64,000 bases of DNA from Thermoleophilaceae bacterium (GCA_035705985.1 DASSVP010000023.1:7974-71973); one strand, 5' to 3'. Counted from the first letter of the stretch, positions 36,043-44,926 are shown. Numbers and translations are program-made. Notes: a model not told the origin generated them from the sequence alone.

Positions 36043-37496
36043 CGCGCCAACGGTACACCGAAGTGCTCGAGCACCAGCGGCGTCACGTCGGCGAGCGACC
36101 ACTCGCCGCGCTCGGGAGGATCGAGGCCGCACATCAAGAGCACGCCCTCCGAGTCGTCGCGGTGGAGCGAGCCGTGACTGCCGCCCCCCACGTGGTCGGC
36201 GCCGCCCCAGTCGACGAACTCGTAGCCGAGCTCGGCGGAGGCGAGGACATCGCCCGAGTGCGGGCAACGGAGCGCCGACCAGAGCCGCCACAGCGGGTCC
36301 GGGTAGGTCTGGCTCGACACCGCGCCCCCACCCGTGTCGAGCTGGAGCACCGCCTCGTCGCCGGAGAGCGCCCAGCCACGGCCACGGCCGTCGGTCAGGC
36401 CGTCGCCGGGCGCGAACCAGAGCTCACCCTCGAACGAGCGCACCACCGCCTGTCCGTTCGAGCGCGTGACCACGAAGTCCACGCCGTCCGCCTCGGCGAG
36501 GGTGTCCGCGGCACGGCTCACCAGCTCGTCGCGCCGCCCCTCGTCGAGCGCGTAGACCATCGCGGAGCGGGCCGACGGGCACGCCGCGAGCTCGGCCTCC
36601 GTGGGAGCCGGGTCGCCTGGCGTGAGCACGCGCGCGTCGCCGAGCAGCTCCGCGAGGTTGATGCCCGTGTCCACGGTCGTCTGCGAGTGGTCGGACATGA
36701 CGATCACCGCGTGCTCGTCGAGGAACGCCTCGGTGCCACCGGCCACGTGCATGATCCGCTCGAGCGCGTGGTCCGCCTCGGCTATCGAGCGCACCTGGCC
36801 GTCGGGTCCGACCTTGTGCGAGTACGTGTCGTTGTCCGGGAGCGAGAAGAGGAGGAAGTCGAACAGGTCGTGCTCAACCAGGTACGCGCCCACGCAGCCG
36901 GTGTGGCGGTCGCGCTGACCCGGCATGCCGAGGGCGGAGGTGCAGCCGGTGTCGCGCGTGTCGAACAGGTCCGCGTAGAAGAGCTCGCGGGCGCCGTAGA
37001 CAGGGTGGCGGAACTGCGCCGCCTCGGCGATCCGGCGGTAGACGCTCGCGCCGCTCGGGTCGTGCCGGGTGCGGCCGCGGTAGATCAGGTAGGTGGTGCA
37101 CGCGGTGCGGAAGCCGGCATCGTCGAGGTGCTCGAAGACGGTCCTGTGCGCCCGGCTCAGGTGCGCCAGGTTCATGTTGTAGACGGTGTCGTAGAGCGAG
37201 CGCACGATCCCGAAGACGCGCGTGGCGGGCATGGAGGAGCCGTATTCCACGTAACGCTCCTCGCCGCGGTGGAACCAGTTCATAGCGGGGATGTGGTGCT
37301 CGCCCGGGCCGCAGCCGGTGGCGATCGCGGCGGAGGCCACGGGGGTGACCGACGGGAACGTTGAGATGCAGTCGCTCACATACGTGCCGCGGTCCATGAG
37401 CGCGGAGAGCGCCGGCGCGTGACCTTCCGCCACCGCCTGGTCGAGCATGTCCGGCTTGAGCGAGTCGATGACGGCGAGGACGAGCTTCTTCGGCAC
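36039..37496 (-). CDS. alkaline-phosphatase superfamily protein (nucleotide pyrophosphatase/phosphodiesterase-like)
   Basis: 485 aa. LVLAVIDSLKPDML metal site and TFPSVTPVASAAIATG nucleophile-Thr motif. No TM segment seen. Confidence 0.7.
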   Translation of the reverse strand: MPKKLVLAVIDSLKPDMLDQAVAEGHAPALSALMDRGTYVSDCISTFPSVTPVASAAIATGCGPGEHHIPAMNWFHRGEERYVEYGSSMPATRVFGIVRSLYDTVYNMNLAHLSRAHRTVFEHLDDAGFRTACTTYLIYRGRTRHDPSGASVYRRIAEAAQFRHPVYGARELFYADLFDTRDTGCTSALGMPGQRDRHTGCVGAYLVEHDLFDFLLFSLPDNDTYSHKVGPDGQVRSIAEADHALERIMHVAGGTEAFLDEHAVIVMSDHSQTTVDTGINLAELLGDARVLTPGDPAPTEAELAACPSARSAMVYALDEGRRDELVSRAADTLAEADGVDFVVTRSNGQAVVRSFEGELWFAPGDGLTDGRGRGWALSGDEAVLQLDTGGGAVSSQTYPDPLWRLWSALRCPHSGDVLASAELGYEFVDWGGADHVGGGSHGSLHRDDSEGVLLMCGLDPPERGEWSLADVTPLVLEHFGVPLAR

Positions 37497-38107
37497 TACC
37501 GGAGGATCCTCAGCCCCGCGTACTTCTCGCCCTCGCGCCGGCGGCCGCCGAGGAGCAGCACGAAGAAGGCCGGGATCGCAAGCAGCGCGAGCGGCGGCAC
37601 GAACACCGCTATCGCTGCGAGGATCAGCGCCGCGGCGTCGGCGTACGCGGTGAGCAGCGCCGCCTGCTCAGGGTCGAGCCGCGCGCGGACCCGCTCCACG
37701 AGGCCGCCGATGGCGATCCAGCCGAGCGCTGCCAGGAGTGGGCCGAAGACGAGGCCGACCCAGACCGGATGCCCGTTGTCGGCGAGCGTGCCGGCGAACA
37801 GGAGCGCGCCCAGCACCAGCCCGGTCACGCCGGCGAGCAGCTCCGCGGGCCCGCGACCGGCTCGGCCACCGAGGTCGGGTGAGCTCTGGTTCGCCCGCGA
37901 GCGCTCGAGGAGGAACGCGACGACGCCGAGCACCACCACGCCGCCGAGAAAGGCGGGCGACTCGAGAAAGCTGAAGTCCGTGCCGTCGAAGTCGACGCCG
38001 ATGTCTCCGCGCGCCAGCCCGCCGGCCAGCAGCGGAGGCAGATACGGGCGGACGCCCGTTGCCGACGCCAGGCCGGCGCCGGTGCCGATGTCGAGGAACA
38101 GGCTCAT
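37496..38107 (-). CDS. DUF4126-family membrane protein
   Basis: Trimmed to ATG 38107: MSLFLDIGTGAGLASATGVRPYLPPLLAG.. Gly/Ala-rich TM helices. Its TAG shares one base with the downstream GTG. Confidence 0.6.
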   Translation of the reverse strand: MSLFLDIGTGAGLASATGVRPYLPPLLAGGLARGDIGVDFDGTDFSFLESPAFLGGVVVLGVVAFLLERSRANQSSPDLGGRAGRGPAELLAGVTGLVLGALLFAGTLADNGHPVWVGLVFGPLLAALGWIAIGGLVERVRARLDPEQAALLTAYADAAALILAAIAVFVPPLALLAIPAFFVLLLGGRRREGEKYAGLRILR

Positions 38108-38229
38108 GGGCGCGTGGGAGGGTCGGTACCCTGCGGCCGGGGAGGTTAACGCCGCGCCTGCGGCGAAGAAGGTCTCCCCCGTGGGCATCCTGCCCACGTC
38201 TTGGTGAGAACCGCGGCGTCACGGCGCGG

Positions 38230-39588
38230 ATGACACAAATGAGCTCCTCGCGAGACATCGAGCGCTACGCCGCCCTGTTCGCGTCGCGGACAAAGGTGAT
38301 GAAGTCGTCCGCGATGCGGGACCTGATGGCGGTGACCGCCCGCCCCGAAGTGATCTCGCTCGCCGGCGGGCTGCCCGACACCAGCACCTTCCCGCCCGAC
38401 ACCTTCGCCGCGGTGGCGCAGCGGATCGCGAGGGAGTCGTGCGCCAAGGCGCTCCAGTACGGGCCCACCGAGGGGCTCGAGGAGACGAAGGCCTGCATCG
38501 CCGAGGTGATGGAGGCGGAGGGTCTGCGCGCGGACCCCGAGGATGTGCTCGTCACCACCGGCGGCCAGCAGGTGATCGACCTGGTCACGAAGACGCTCAT
38601 CGACCCCGGCGACGTGGTGATCGCAGAGGGCCCGACGTACCCGGGGGCCGTGTCCGTGTTCAGCGCCTACCAGGCCGACGTGGTGCAGATCGACATGGAC
38701 GCGGACGGCATGCGCGTCGAGCTGCTCGAGCAGACGCTCGACCGGCTGGACCGCGAGGGCCGCCGCCCGAAGTTCATCTACACGGTGCCGAGCTTCCAGA
38801 ACCCCGCCGGTGTGACGATGTCGGCGCCTCGACGGCGCCGGCTCGTGGAGGTCGCGCACGAACGTGAGCTGCTGGTGCTCGAGGACAACCCGTACGGCCT
38901 GCTTCGCTACGAGGGCGACGCGCCCACGCCGCTGCTCAAGCTCGACGGCGGCGTGTACGTGATGTACCTCGGCACGTTCTCGAAGATCCTCTCACCGGGC
39001 ATCCGGCTCGGCTGGGTGGTGGCGCCGCCGCCGGTGCTCGAGAAGATCAACCTCGGCAAGCAGGCCGCCGACCTCTGCACGTCGACGCTGTCGCAGCTGA
39101 TGGTGCAGGCGTACTTCGCGGAGAGCCGCTGGCGCGACTACGTGGAGTCGCTCACGGAGATCTACCGCGCCCGCCGAGACACGATGCTCGACGCGCTCGC
39201 CGACCATTTCCCGCCGCAGGCCGAGTGGACGCGCCCCTCCGGGGGTCTGTTCATCTGGGCGACCCTGCCGGACTTCATCGACACCACCGACCTGCTGGCG
39301 CGCGCCCTGCGCGACAACGTCGCGTTCGTGCCCGGGGAGGCCGCCTTCCTGGATGGCCGCGGGCGGAACGCGATGCGCCTGAACTACTCCGGCTCGGACG
39401 AGGACGCGATCCGCGAGGGCATCCGCCGGATCGGTGAGGTCGTGACCGAGCAGGTGCAGCTGTACGGGACGCTCACCGGCGAGCACGAGGCGGTGGAACT
39501 GCCGCCGGTCGAGGCGCCGCCTGTCGGCGGGGCGGACGTGCTTCAGATGCCGGACCGCGCGGAGCGCAAACGCCGCGCCGGCTTCTAG
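38230..39588 (+). CDS. class I/II PLP-dependent aminotransferase (2-aminoadipate/aromatic aminotransferase-like)
   Basis: Trimmed to ATG 38230. VISLAGGLPD, YGPTEGL, the FSKILSPGIRLGW PLP-lysine motif, GGLFIWATLP. Confidence 0.8.
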   Translation: MTQMSSSRDIERYAALFASRTKVMKSSAMRDLMAVTARPEVISLAGGLPDTSTFPPDTFAAVAQRIARESCAKALQYGPTEGLEETKACIAEVMEAEGLRADPEDVLVTTGGQQVIDLVTKTLIDPGDVVIAEGPTYPGAVSVFSAYQADVVQIDMDADGMRVELLEQTLDRLDREGRRPKFIYTVPSFQNPAGVTMSAPRRRRLVEVAHERELLVLEDNPYGLLRYEGDAPTPLLKLDGGVYVMYLGTFSKILSPGIRLGWVVAPPPVLEKINLGKQAADLCTSTLSQLMVQAYFAESRWRDYVESLTEIYRARRDTMLDALADHFPPQAEWTRPSGGLFIWATLPDFIDTTDLLARALRDNVAFVPGEAAFLDGRGRNAMRLNYSGSDEDAIREGIRRIGEVVTEQVQLYGTLTGEHEAVELPPVEAPPVGGADVLQMPDRAERKRRAGF

Positions 39589-40082
39589 TTCTCTTCCTCG
39601 CCGTTGGCGAAGTCCTCGGGCGTGACGTTGTCGAGAAAGTCCTTGAACTTCTCGACGACCTCCTCCGTGTCCTCCACCTCATGCTCGAACTCGATTGCCG
39701 ACTCGGTGATCACGTCCTCGGCGGCGAAGATCGGCGCTCCCGTGCGGACGGCCAGGGCGAGCGCGTCGGAGGGCCGCGAGTCGATCGGGATCTCGCGCCC
39801 GTTCAGCTGGAGCGTGACCTCTGCGTAGAAGGTGTTCTCGCGCAGCTCGGTGACCGCCACGCGGGTGCAGCTCACCTCGAGCTCGGACAGCATCTCGGAG
39901 ATCAGGTCGTGCGTCATCGGGCGCGGCGTGTTGGCCCCCTGGAGCTTCATGAGGATCGCCGCCGCCTCCGGGTGACCGATCCAGATCGGGAGGAACTTGT
40001 TGCCGTCGCGAGTCTTCAGGAGCACGATCGGCTGCTTGCCGACCATGTCGAAGCTGACGCCGTAGATGACCATCTCCTGCAT
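39585..40082 (-). CDS. bifunctional nuclease (BFN/DUF151) family protein
   Basis: 165 aa. VLLKTRDGNKFLPIWIGHPEAAAILMKLQG..PRPMTHDL..RPSDALALAVRTGAPIF. Confidence 0.8.
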   Translation of the reverse strand: MQEMVIYGVSFDMVGKQPIVLLKTRDGNKFLPIWIGHPEAAAILMKLQGANTPRPMTHDLISEMLSELEVSCTRVAVTELRENTFYAEVTLQLNGREIPIDSRPSDALALAVRTGAPIFAAEDVITESAIEFEHEVEDTEEVVEKFKDFLDNVTPEDFANGEEEN

Positions 40083-40133
40083 CGGTAGCGACAGTCTAGA
40101 GCGGGATGGAATCGGCGACCTTGAGCGACAGAG

Positions 40134-40207
40134 TGGGCGATCCTGGACTCGAACCAGGGACCTCGTCCTTATCAGAGACGCGCTCTAACCGACTGAGCTA
40201 ATCGCCC
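40134..40207 (-). tRNA. tRNA-Ile (anticodon GAT), CCA not encoded
   Basis: Minus strand reads GGGCGAT TA GCTC AGTCGGTTA GAGC G CGTCT CTGATAA GGACG AGGTC CCTGG TTCGAGT CCAGG ATCGCCC A. Perfect cloverleaf by hand. Confidence 0.95.
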
Positions 40208-40231
40208 GCGGAGGGTCGATTGTAGCGGCGC

Positions 40232-41119
40232 TCAGACCGCTCGCAGGTGTCCTCGAGCGAGCACTCGCTCGGCGAGCGCGACGGCGTCCCCGGGGGCGTC
40301 GAAGTCGAGCTCGACGCGGCAGCCCTCGCCCCGCGGGCGGACCTTGACAGGCCGGCCGAAGGCCGCGGACAGCGTGTCCTCGGCCGCCGCGAGCGCCTCG
40401 GCCAGATCCGGGTGAAGCTCGCGGGTGAAGCGCCTGGTCTGAGGCTTAGGCTGACCCTCAGCATCTCGTGCCCGACGCTCCGTCTCGCGCACCGACCAGC
40501 CGCCGTCGCGTGCCGCGAACGCCAGGCTGCGGCGCGTCGAGTGGTCCTTGCAGAGCAGCAGCGCACGGCCGTGGCCCTCCGTGAGCTCGCCCCGCTCGAT
40601 CAGCTCGAGCGCCTCCTCGGGCAGCTCGAGCACGCGGATCAGGTTCGAGATGGCGACCCGGCTGCGGCCGACCCGCCGGCCGACCTCCTGCTTCGTGAGG
40701 CCGAGATCCTCGACGAGCATCGCGCAGGCACGCGCCTCCTCGATGGGGTTGAGGTCGACCCGCGCCATGTTCTCGGCGAGCGCGAGGTCGAGCCGCTCCC
40801 AGTCGTCGGTGTCGCGGACGAGCGCGGGGATCGTCTCGTGCTCCACCATCTGAGCCGCGCGGAGGCGGCGCTCCCCGGCCACGAGCTCGAAGCTGCCGCC
40901 GGCGAGCGGGCGGACGACGATCGGCTGGAGCACGCCGCGCGTGCGGATCGACTCGGCGAGCTCGGCGAGCCGGGCCTGGTCGAAGCTTCGGCGCGGCTGG
41001 CGTGCGTTCGGCTGAATCAGCTCGAGCGGGATCTCGCGGAGGCCGTCCTCGATTTTTCCGGTGCTCGGCAGGATCGCGGCGAGGCCGCGACCCATCCCCC
41101 GCTGCTGGCCCTCAGCCAC
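40232..41119 (-). CDS. parB: chromosome partitioning protein ParB
   Basis: IQPNARQPRR, GVLQPIVVRP, GERRLRAA, HTH LTKQEVGRRVGRSRVAISN. Confidence 0.95.
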   Translation of the reverse strand: MAEGQQRGMGRGLAAILPSTGKIEDGLREIPLELIQPNARQPRRSFDQARLAELAESIRTRGVLQPIVVRPLAGGSFELVAGERRLRAAQMVEHETIPALVRDTDDWERLDLALAENMARVDLNPIEEARACAMLVEDLGLTKQEVGRRVGRSRVAISNLIRVLELPEEALELIERGELTEGHGRALLLCKDHSTRRSLAFAARDGGWSVRETERRARDAEGQPKPQTRRFTRELHPDLAEALAAAEDTLSAAFGRPVKVRPRGEGCRVELDFDAPGDAVALAERVLARGHLRAV

Positions 41120-41870
41120 GCGCGGCCACCTCCTTCGCCAGCCTCAGGTACGCGGCGCTGCCCGCGCTCTGGGGAGCGTGCCGGAGGATCGGAAGCCCAT
41201 AGCTCGGCGCCTCGCTCAGCCGGACGTTGCGCGGGACGACCGTGTCGAACACCAGCGTCGGGAAGTGCTCGCGAACCTCGCGCTCGACGTCGCGCGCGAG
41301 CCGCGTGCGCCCGTCGTGCATCGTGAGGATCATCCCGAGCACCGTGAGCCGCGGGTTCAGCTCTTGCCCGATCAGCGACAGCGTGTCGAGCAGCTGCGCG
41401 AGGCCCTCGAGCGCGAAGTACTCGGTCTGGACCGGAACGATCACGCGGTCGGCCGCCACGAGCGCGTTCACGGTGAGCGGGCCGAGCGAGGGCGGGCAGT
41501 CGAGGAGCGTGAAGAGATAGCGGTCGCGGACGCTGCCGAGCCGGTCGCGGAGGGTGGTCTCCGAGCCCTCGATGCGCGGCAGCTCCACGTTGGCGCCGGC
41601 GAGGTCCGGACTCGAGGGGACGACGTCGAGCCGCTCGATGCCGCTCGGGACGGCGGCCGCGGTGAGCGCCAGCTCGCCTGAGAGGCAGTCGTACACGCTC
41701 GCCCCTCCGTCCTTGGGCAACCCAAGTGCAACCGTAGCGTTGCACTGCGGGTCGAGATCGACCAGCAGCGTCGGATGGCCGGCGTCGGCGATGCTGGCGC
41801 CGAGATTGACCGCGGTGGTGGTCTTGCCCACCCCGCCCTTCTGGTTTGTGACTGCGACAACGGTGCCCAT
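41112..41870 (-). CDS. parA: chromosome partitioning ATPase ParA/Soj
   Basis: Deviant Walker A VAVTNQKGGVGKTTT, DLDPQCNAT, LLDCPPSLG. Confidence 0.95.
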   Translation of the reverse strand: MGTVVAVTNQKGGVGKTTTAVNLGASIADAGHPTLLVDLDPQCNATVALGLPKDGGASVYDCLSGELALTAAAVPSGIERLDVVPSSPDLAGANVELPRIEGSETTLRDRLGSVRDRYLFTLLDCPPSLGPLTVNALVAADRVIVPVQTEYFALEGLAQLLDTLSLIGQELNPRLTVLGMILTMHDGRTRLARDVEREVREHFPTLVFDTVVPRNVRLSEAPSYGLPILRHAPQSAGSAAYLRLAKEVAARG

Positions 41871-41969
41871 CGGTGCCGAACCTACGGTTCGGATCGGTCG
41901 GAAAGGCGTTCGGGAGCGAACGTGTGGTTCCTTCTTGGCCTCCGCGTTGCGTTCGCCCCGGGCCCGGGC

Positions 41970-42053
41970 GAACGGCAGCGGTGAAGGCGGTGCTTTCCCC
42001 GCAAAGCGTCCTGGGTTAGGCGTCTCTGTGACGCCCCAATCAGGACGCTTGCC
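41970..42053 (+). repeat. box-plus-hairpin intergenic element, copy A
   Basis: GAACGGCAGCGGTGAAGG box, stem 42004-42013 / 42041-42050 (AAGCGTCCTG / CAGGACGCTT), inner hairpin GGCGTC-tctgt-GACGCC. Homologous to 49019-49103. Confidence 0.8.
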
Positions 42054-42071
42054 CTCAGTGCGGTCGTTCGC

Positions 42072-42743
42072 CTAGGCCAACGGGCGCTTCCGGGCCATCC
42101 CGGCGCGGCGTGGGAAGCGGTCGGGCGTGGGCGCGACCTTGCGGAACACGTGCAGATGGCGGTTCTCGGAACGCGGGTAGGGCTTGACCGGCAGCACCTC
42201 CTCCACCGCCATCCCCACCTCCCGGGCCGCCGCGGCGCCGGCGGCCTCCTCGTCCGCGTCGCGAGCGCCCTTCCAGGCGACCAGCACGCCACCATCCAGC
42301 AGCAAAGGCGCCGCGTACTCGACCAGCACCGCCAGCGGCCCCACCGCACGTGCCGTCACCGCGTCGTACGCACCCGCCCCACCACCCAACGAGGCGGGGA
42401 TCCGCGCGAAGTCCTCCACCCGCGCGGTGACCGAGCGGGCATTTGAAAGCCCCACCGCCTGAATCAAGCGGCCCATCAGCGCTGTCTTTCGACCCGCGGA
42501 TTCCACTAGGTCAACCTGCGCTCGAGGGAGAGCCATTGCGAGAACGAGACCAGGAAACCCTGCGCCTGCTCCTATATCCGCGATCCGGCGGGCGGCCGAC
42601 AGGCCTGAAACCTCCAGCCCGGACAGCGAATCCGCGACATGAACCTCAAGCGCCGCTTCAGGCTCTGAAACGGTCGTATGCGGGTCGGGCTCGGCCGCAA
42701 GCGCCTCTAGGAGAGGCAGGAACGTTTCACGAGAAACGCTCAA
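42072..42743 (-). CDS. rsmG: 16S rRNA (guanine527-N7)-methyltransferase RsmG (GidB)
   Basis: Start set at TTG 42743 (LSVSRETFLPLLE). DIGAGAGFPGLVLA SAM motif. Confidence 0.85.
   Translation of the reverse strand: MSVSRETFLPLLEALAAEPDPHTTVSEPEAALEVHVADSLSGLEVSGLSAARRIADIGAGAGFPGLVLAMALPRAQVDLVESAGRKTALMGRLIQAVGLSNARSVTARVEDFARIPASLGGGAGAYDAVTARAVGPLAVLVEYAAPLLLDGGVLVAWKGARDADEEAAGAAAAREVGMAVEEVLPVKPYPRSENRHLHVFRKVAPTPDRFPRRAGMARKRPLA
42724..42737. promoter_or_regulatory. parS-like site GTTTCACGAGAAAC (13 of 14 to GTTTCACGTGAAAC)
   Basis: Read directly. It lies in the codons for VSRET at the rsmG N-terminus and jag 3' end, the classical location of origin-proximal parS. Confidence 0.55.
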
Positions 42744-43401
42744 CGGGGCTGACCACCAGCCGCCGGTCGGGCTCGTCGCCCTCGCTGTGGGTCTCCACAT
42801 CCCTGCGCTCGCTCAGATACGTGTGCACGATCTTGCGCTCGGGGGCGCGCATCGGCTCGAGCTCCACGGGACGGCTGTACTGGAGCGCCTCGGCCGCCGC
42901 GCGGTCCGCCATCCGGTGCAGAGCGCCCTCGCGGCGCTCCCGGTAGCCGGCCGCGTCCACCGTCACCTGCTTGCGCTCCGAGTCGCCCCTGAACGCGGCC
43001 CGGAACGCCAGATGCTGCAGGGCGTCGATGGTCGACCCGTGCTTTCCGATCAGCAGGCCCAGGTCGTCCCCGTTGACGGTCGCGCGAATCTCCTCGTCCG
43101 ACTCGTCGATGTCCACGGTCGCGTGCAGCCCGAGCGCGTGCACAACCCGCGCCACGATCGCCCGGACGCGCTCGGCGGGCTCCTCTGGAATCGTCTCGGC
43201 AACCGCGCGCCATGCATCGACGTCGACCTTCGCACGAACGCTCGAGCCGCCCTCGCTGCCGCCGTCGTCCAAGACCTCGAAGCTCACACACTCCGCTGTC
43301 AGACCGGGAAAGCGCCCCTCGAGTGCCTTGACCGCGGCCCACTTCGCCTCGCCGAGCGTCTCACCGTCCGCCTCGGCGACGAGCTCTTCCTGTGAGCTCA
43401 C
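42727..43401 (-). CDS. jag: Jag/KhpB RNA-binding protein (Jag_N, KH, R3H)
   Basis: 224 aa. GDDLGLLIGKHGSTIDALQHL (KH) and ERKIVHTYL..VETHSEGDEPDRRLVV (R3H). Confidence 0.85.
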   Translation of the reverse strand: MSSQEELVAEADGETLGEAKWAAVKALEGRFPGLTAECVSFEVLDDGGSEGGSSVRAKVDVDAWRAVAETIPEEPAERVRAIVARVVHALGLHATVDIDESDEEIRATVNGDDLGLLIGKHGSTIDALQHLAFRAAFRGDSERKQVTVDAAGYRERREGALHRMADRAAAEALQYSRPVELEPMRAPERKIVHTYLSERRDVETHSEGDEPDRRLVVSPVERFS

Positions 43402-44282
43402 CGGCGGCGTCCCGACCGCTTCTTCTTCTTGCGCGGCGACTTGGGCGGTGCCTTCGAAGGCCCGCCGTCGCCACCGGCAGCGACAGGAGCCTTGCCCTTG
43501 TCGCTGCCGTTTCCTCCGTCAGCCGCCACGGCGGACGCGGTGGCGGGCGAGGGCTTCCCTCGAGCCGGCTTCGACTCCGGCACCGCGTCCCTCGGATCCA
43601 GCGGCTCCGGCTTCGGATACAGCTTCCGCACGAGCAGCTGCTGCCCGATCGTCCACACGTTCGTCGTGATCCAGTAGACGATCAGGCCGGCCTCGAAGTT
43701 GATGATGAAGATGACGAAGACGAACGGCAGCGCGAACATGATCCGGCGCTGCATCGGGTCCGCGCTGATCGCGGTGACCGCGCTCGCGGCGAGCTGGGTG
43801 CCGACGTACAGGACGATCAGGGCGCCAAGCAGAACCGGGTCGTCGACGGTCGCGGCGAGGTTGTCGATTGGCCCGAAGCCCGGGTTGTCCGCGATGTCCG
43901 CCTTGAACTCGTCCGAGCGCAGCAGGTAGAAGAGCGAGATGAAGAAGGGGATCTGCAGCAGCAGTGGGAAGCACGAGCCCAGCGGGTTGACCTTCTCCCG
44001 CTGATAGAAGGCCATGATCTCCTGGTTCATGCGCTGCTTGTCGTCCTTGTAGCGCTCCTGGATCTCCTTGATCTTCGGCTGGAGCACCTGGAGCCGCTGC
44101 ATGGACTTCACGCCCTTGAAGGTGAGCGGCAGGATCGCGATCCGGACGGTGAAGGTCAGCAGGATGATCGCCCAGCCCCAGCTGCCCGCGAAATCGTCGT
44201 TCGGGTCGATCAGGTCGTGCCAGAACTCCAGGATCCACTGACAGACATCGATGAGCGGCTGAAGGACGTTGGCGATGTACAT
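43398..44282 (-). CDS. yidC: membrane protein insertase YidC (short Gram-positive type) with basic tail
   Basis: WGWAIILLTFTVRIAILPLTFKGVKSMQRLQVLQPKIKEIQERYKDD..NPLGSCFPLLLQIPFF. ATGA-type overlap with jag. Confidence 0.9.
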   Translation of the reverse strand: MYIANVLQPLIDVCQWILEFWHDLIDPNDDFAGSWGWAIILLTFTVRIAILPLTFKGVKSMQRLQVLQPKIKEIQERYKDDKQRMNQEIMAFYQREKVNPLGSCFPLLLQIPFFISLFYLLRSDEFKADIADNPGFGPIDNLAATVDDPVLLGALIVLYVGTQLAASAVTAISADPMQRRIMFALPFVFVIFIINFEAGLIVYWITTNVWTIGQQLLVRKLYPKPEPLDPRDAVPESKPARGKPSPATASAVAADGGNGSDKGKAPVAAGGDGGPSKAPPKSPRKKKKRSGRRR

Positions 44283-44285
44283 GGG

Positions 44286-44537
44286 CTAGGCGGCGGGGCG
44301 CGGGCGGAACAGCTTCTGGTCCTCGACCTTGTCGACTCCGCCGTGACTCCACGGGTTGCAGCGCAGAAGGCGCCAGGCCGCGAGGACGATCCCCCGGAGC
44401 ACACCGTAGCGTCGGACTGCCTGCACGGCGTACTCGGAGCAGGTCGGATGGTACTTGCAGCGCGCGGGGATGGCCGGCGAGATCGCGCGCTGGTAGAAGC
44501 GCACCGGGGCGATCGCGATCGACCGCATCGCCCTCAC
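44286..44537 (-). CDS. yidD: membrane protein insertion efficiency factor YidD
   Basis: RFYQRAISPAIPARCKYHPTCSEYAVQAVRRYG. Confidence 0.9.
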   Translation of the reverse strand: MRAMRSIAIAPVRFYQRAISPAIPARCKYHPTCSEYAVQAVRRYGVLRGIVLAAWRLLRCNPWSHGGVDKVEDQKLFRPRPAA

Positions 44538-44923
44538 GACGGCCCCTCCGCGGCGCTCGAGAGACCGGCCTCCGAGAGCACGCTCCGGAGCGCCTGCTCG
44601 ATGGCCGGCTCGCCGCCCTCGCGCGCGAGCTCGGCCGCCGCCGGGCGAGCGACGATCACGAAGTCATGACCCTCGCGCAGGCTCTCGGCGTTCGACCAGA
44701 AGGCGTCCCTGAGCAGGCGCTTCACCCGGTTGCGCTCCACCGCGCCGCCAAGCTTGCGCCCCACGGACACGCCGAGGCGCGGCTCCGACTCGTCGCCCTC
44801 CGCGCGCGGAAAGGCGTACACGACGAGGTGCCGGCTCGCGTGCGAGCGGCCCTCGCGGTACACGCGCTCGAACTCGCCGCTGCGGGATAGCCGGCGGCGC
44901 CTTCGACGCGCACGGTCGGCCAT
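44534..44923 (-). CDS. rnpA: ribonuclease P protein component
   Basis: 129 aa. RLSRSGEFERVYREG, GVSVGRKLGGAVERNRVKRLLRDAF. Confidence 0.9.
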   Translation of the reverse strand: MADRARRRRRRLSRSGEFERVYREGRSHASRHLVVYAFPRAEGDESEPRLGVSVGRKLGGAVERNRVKRLLRDAFWSNAESLREGHDFVIVARPAAAELAREGGEPAIEQALRSVLSEAGLSSAAEGPS

Positions 44924-44926
44924 CGG

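Noticed and set aside
41970-41987. Resemblance of the conserved box GCAGCGGTGAAGG to the CAGCGGTAAGG segment of cobalamin riboswitches.
   Set aside because: No B12 box (AGYCMGG.GACCKGCC-like) and no GGGAA / GGTG..AA..CC upstream core in any of the three copies. The downstream genes are unrelated to cobalamin.
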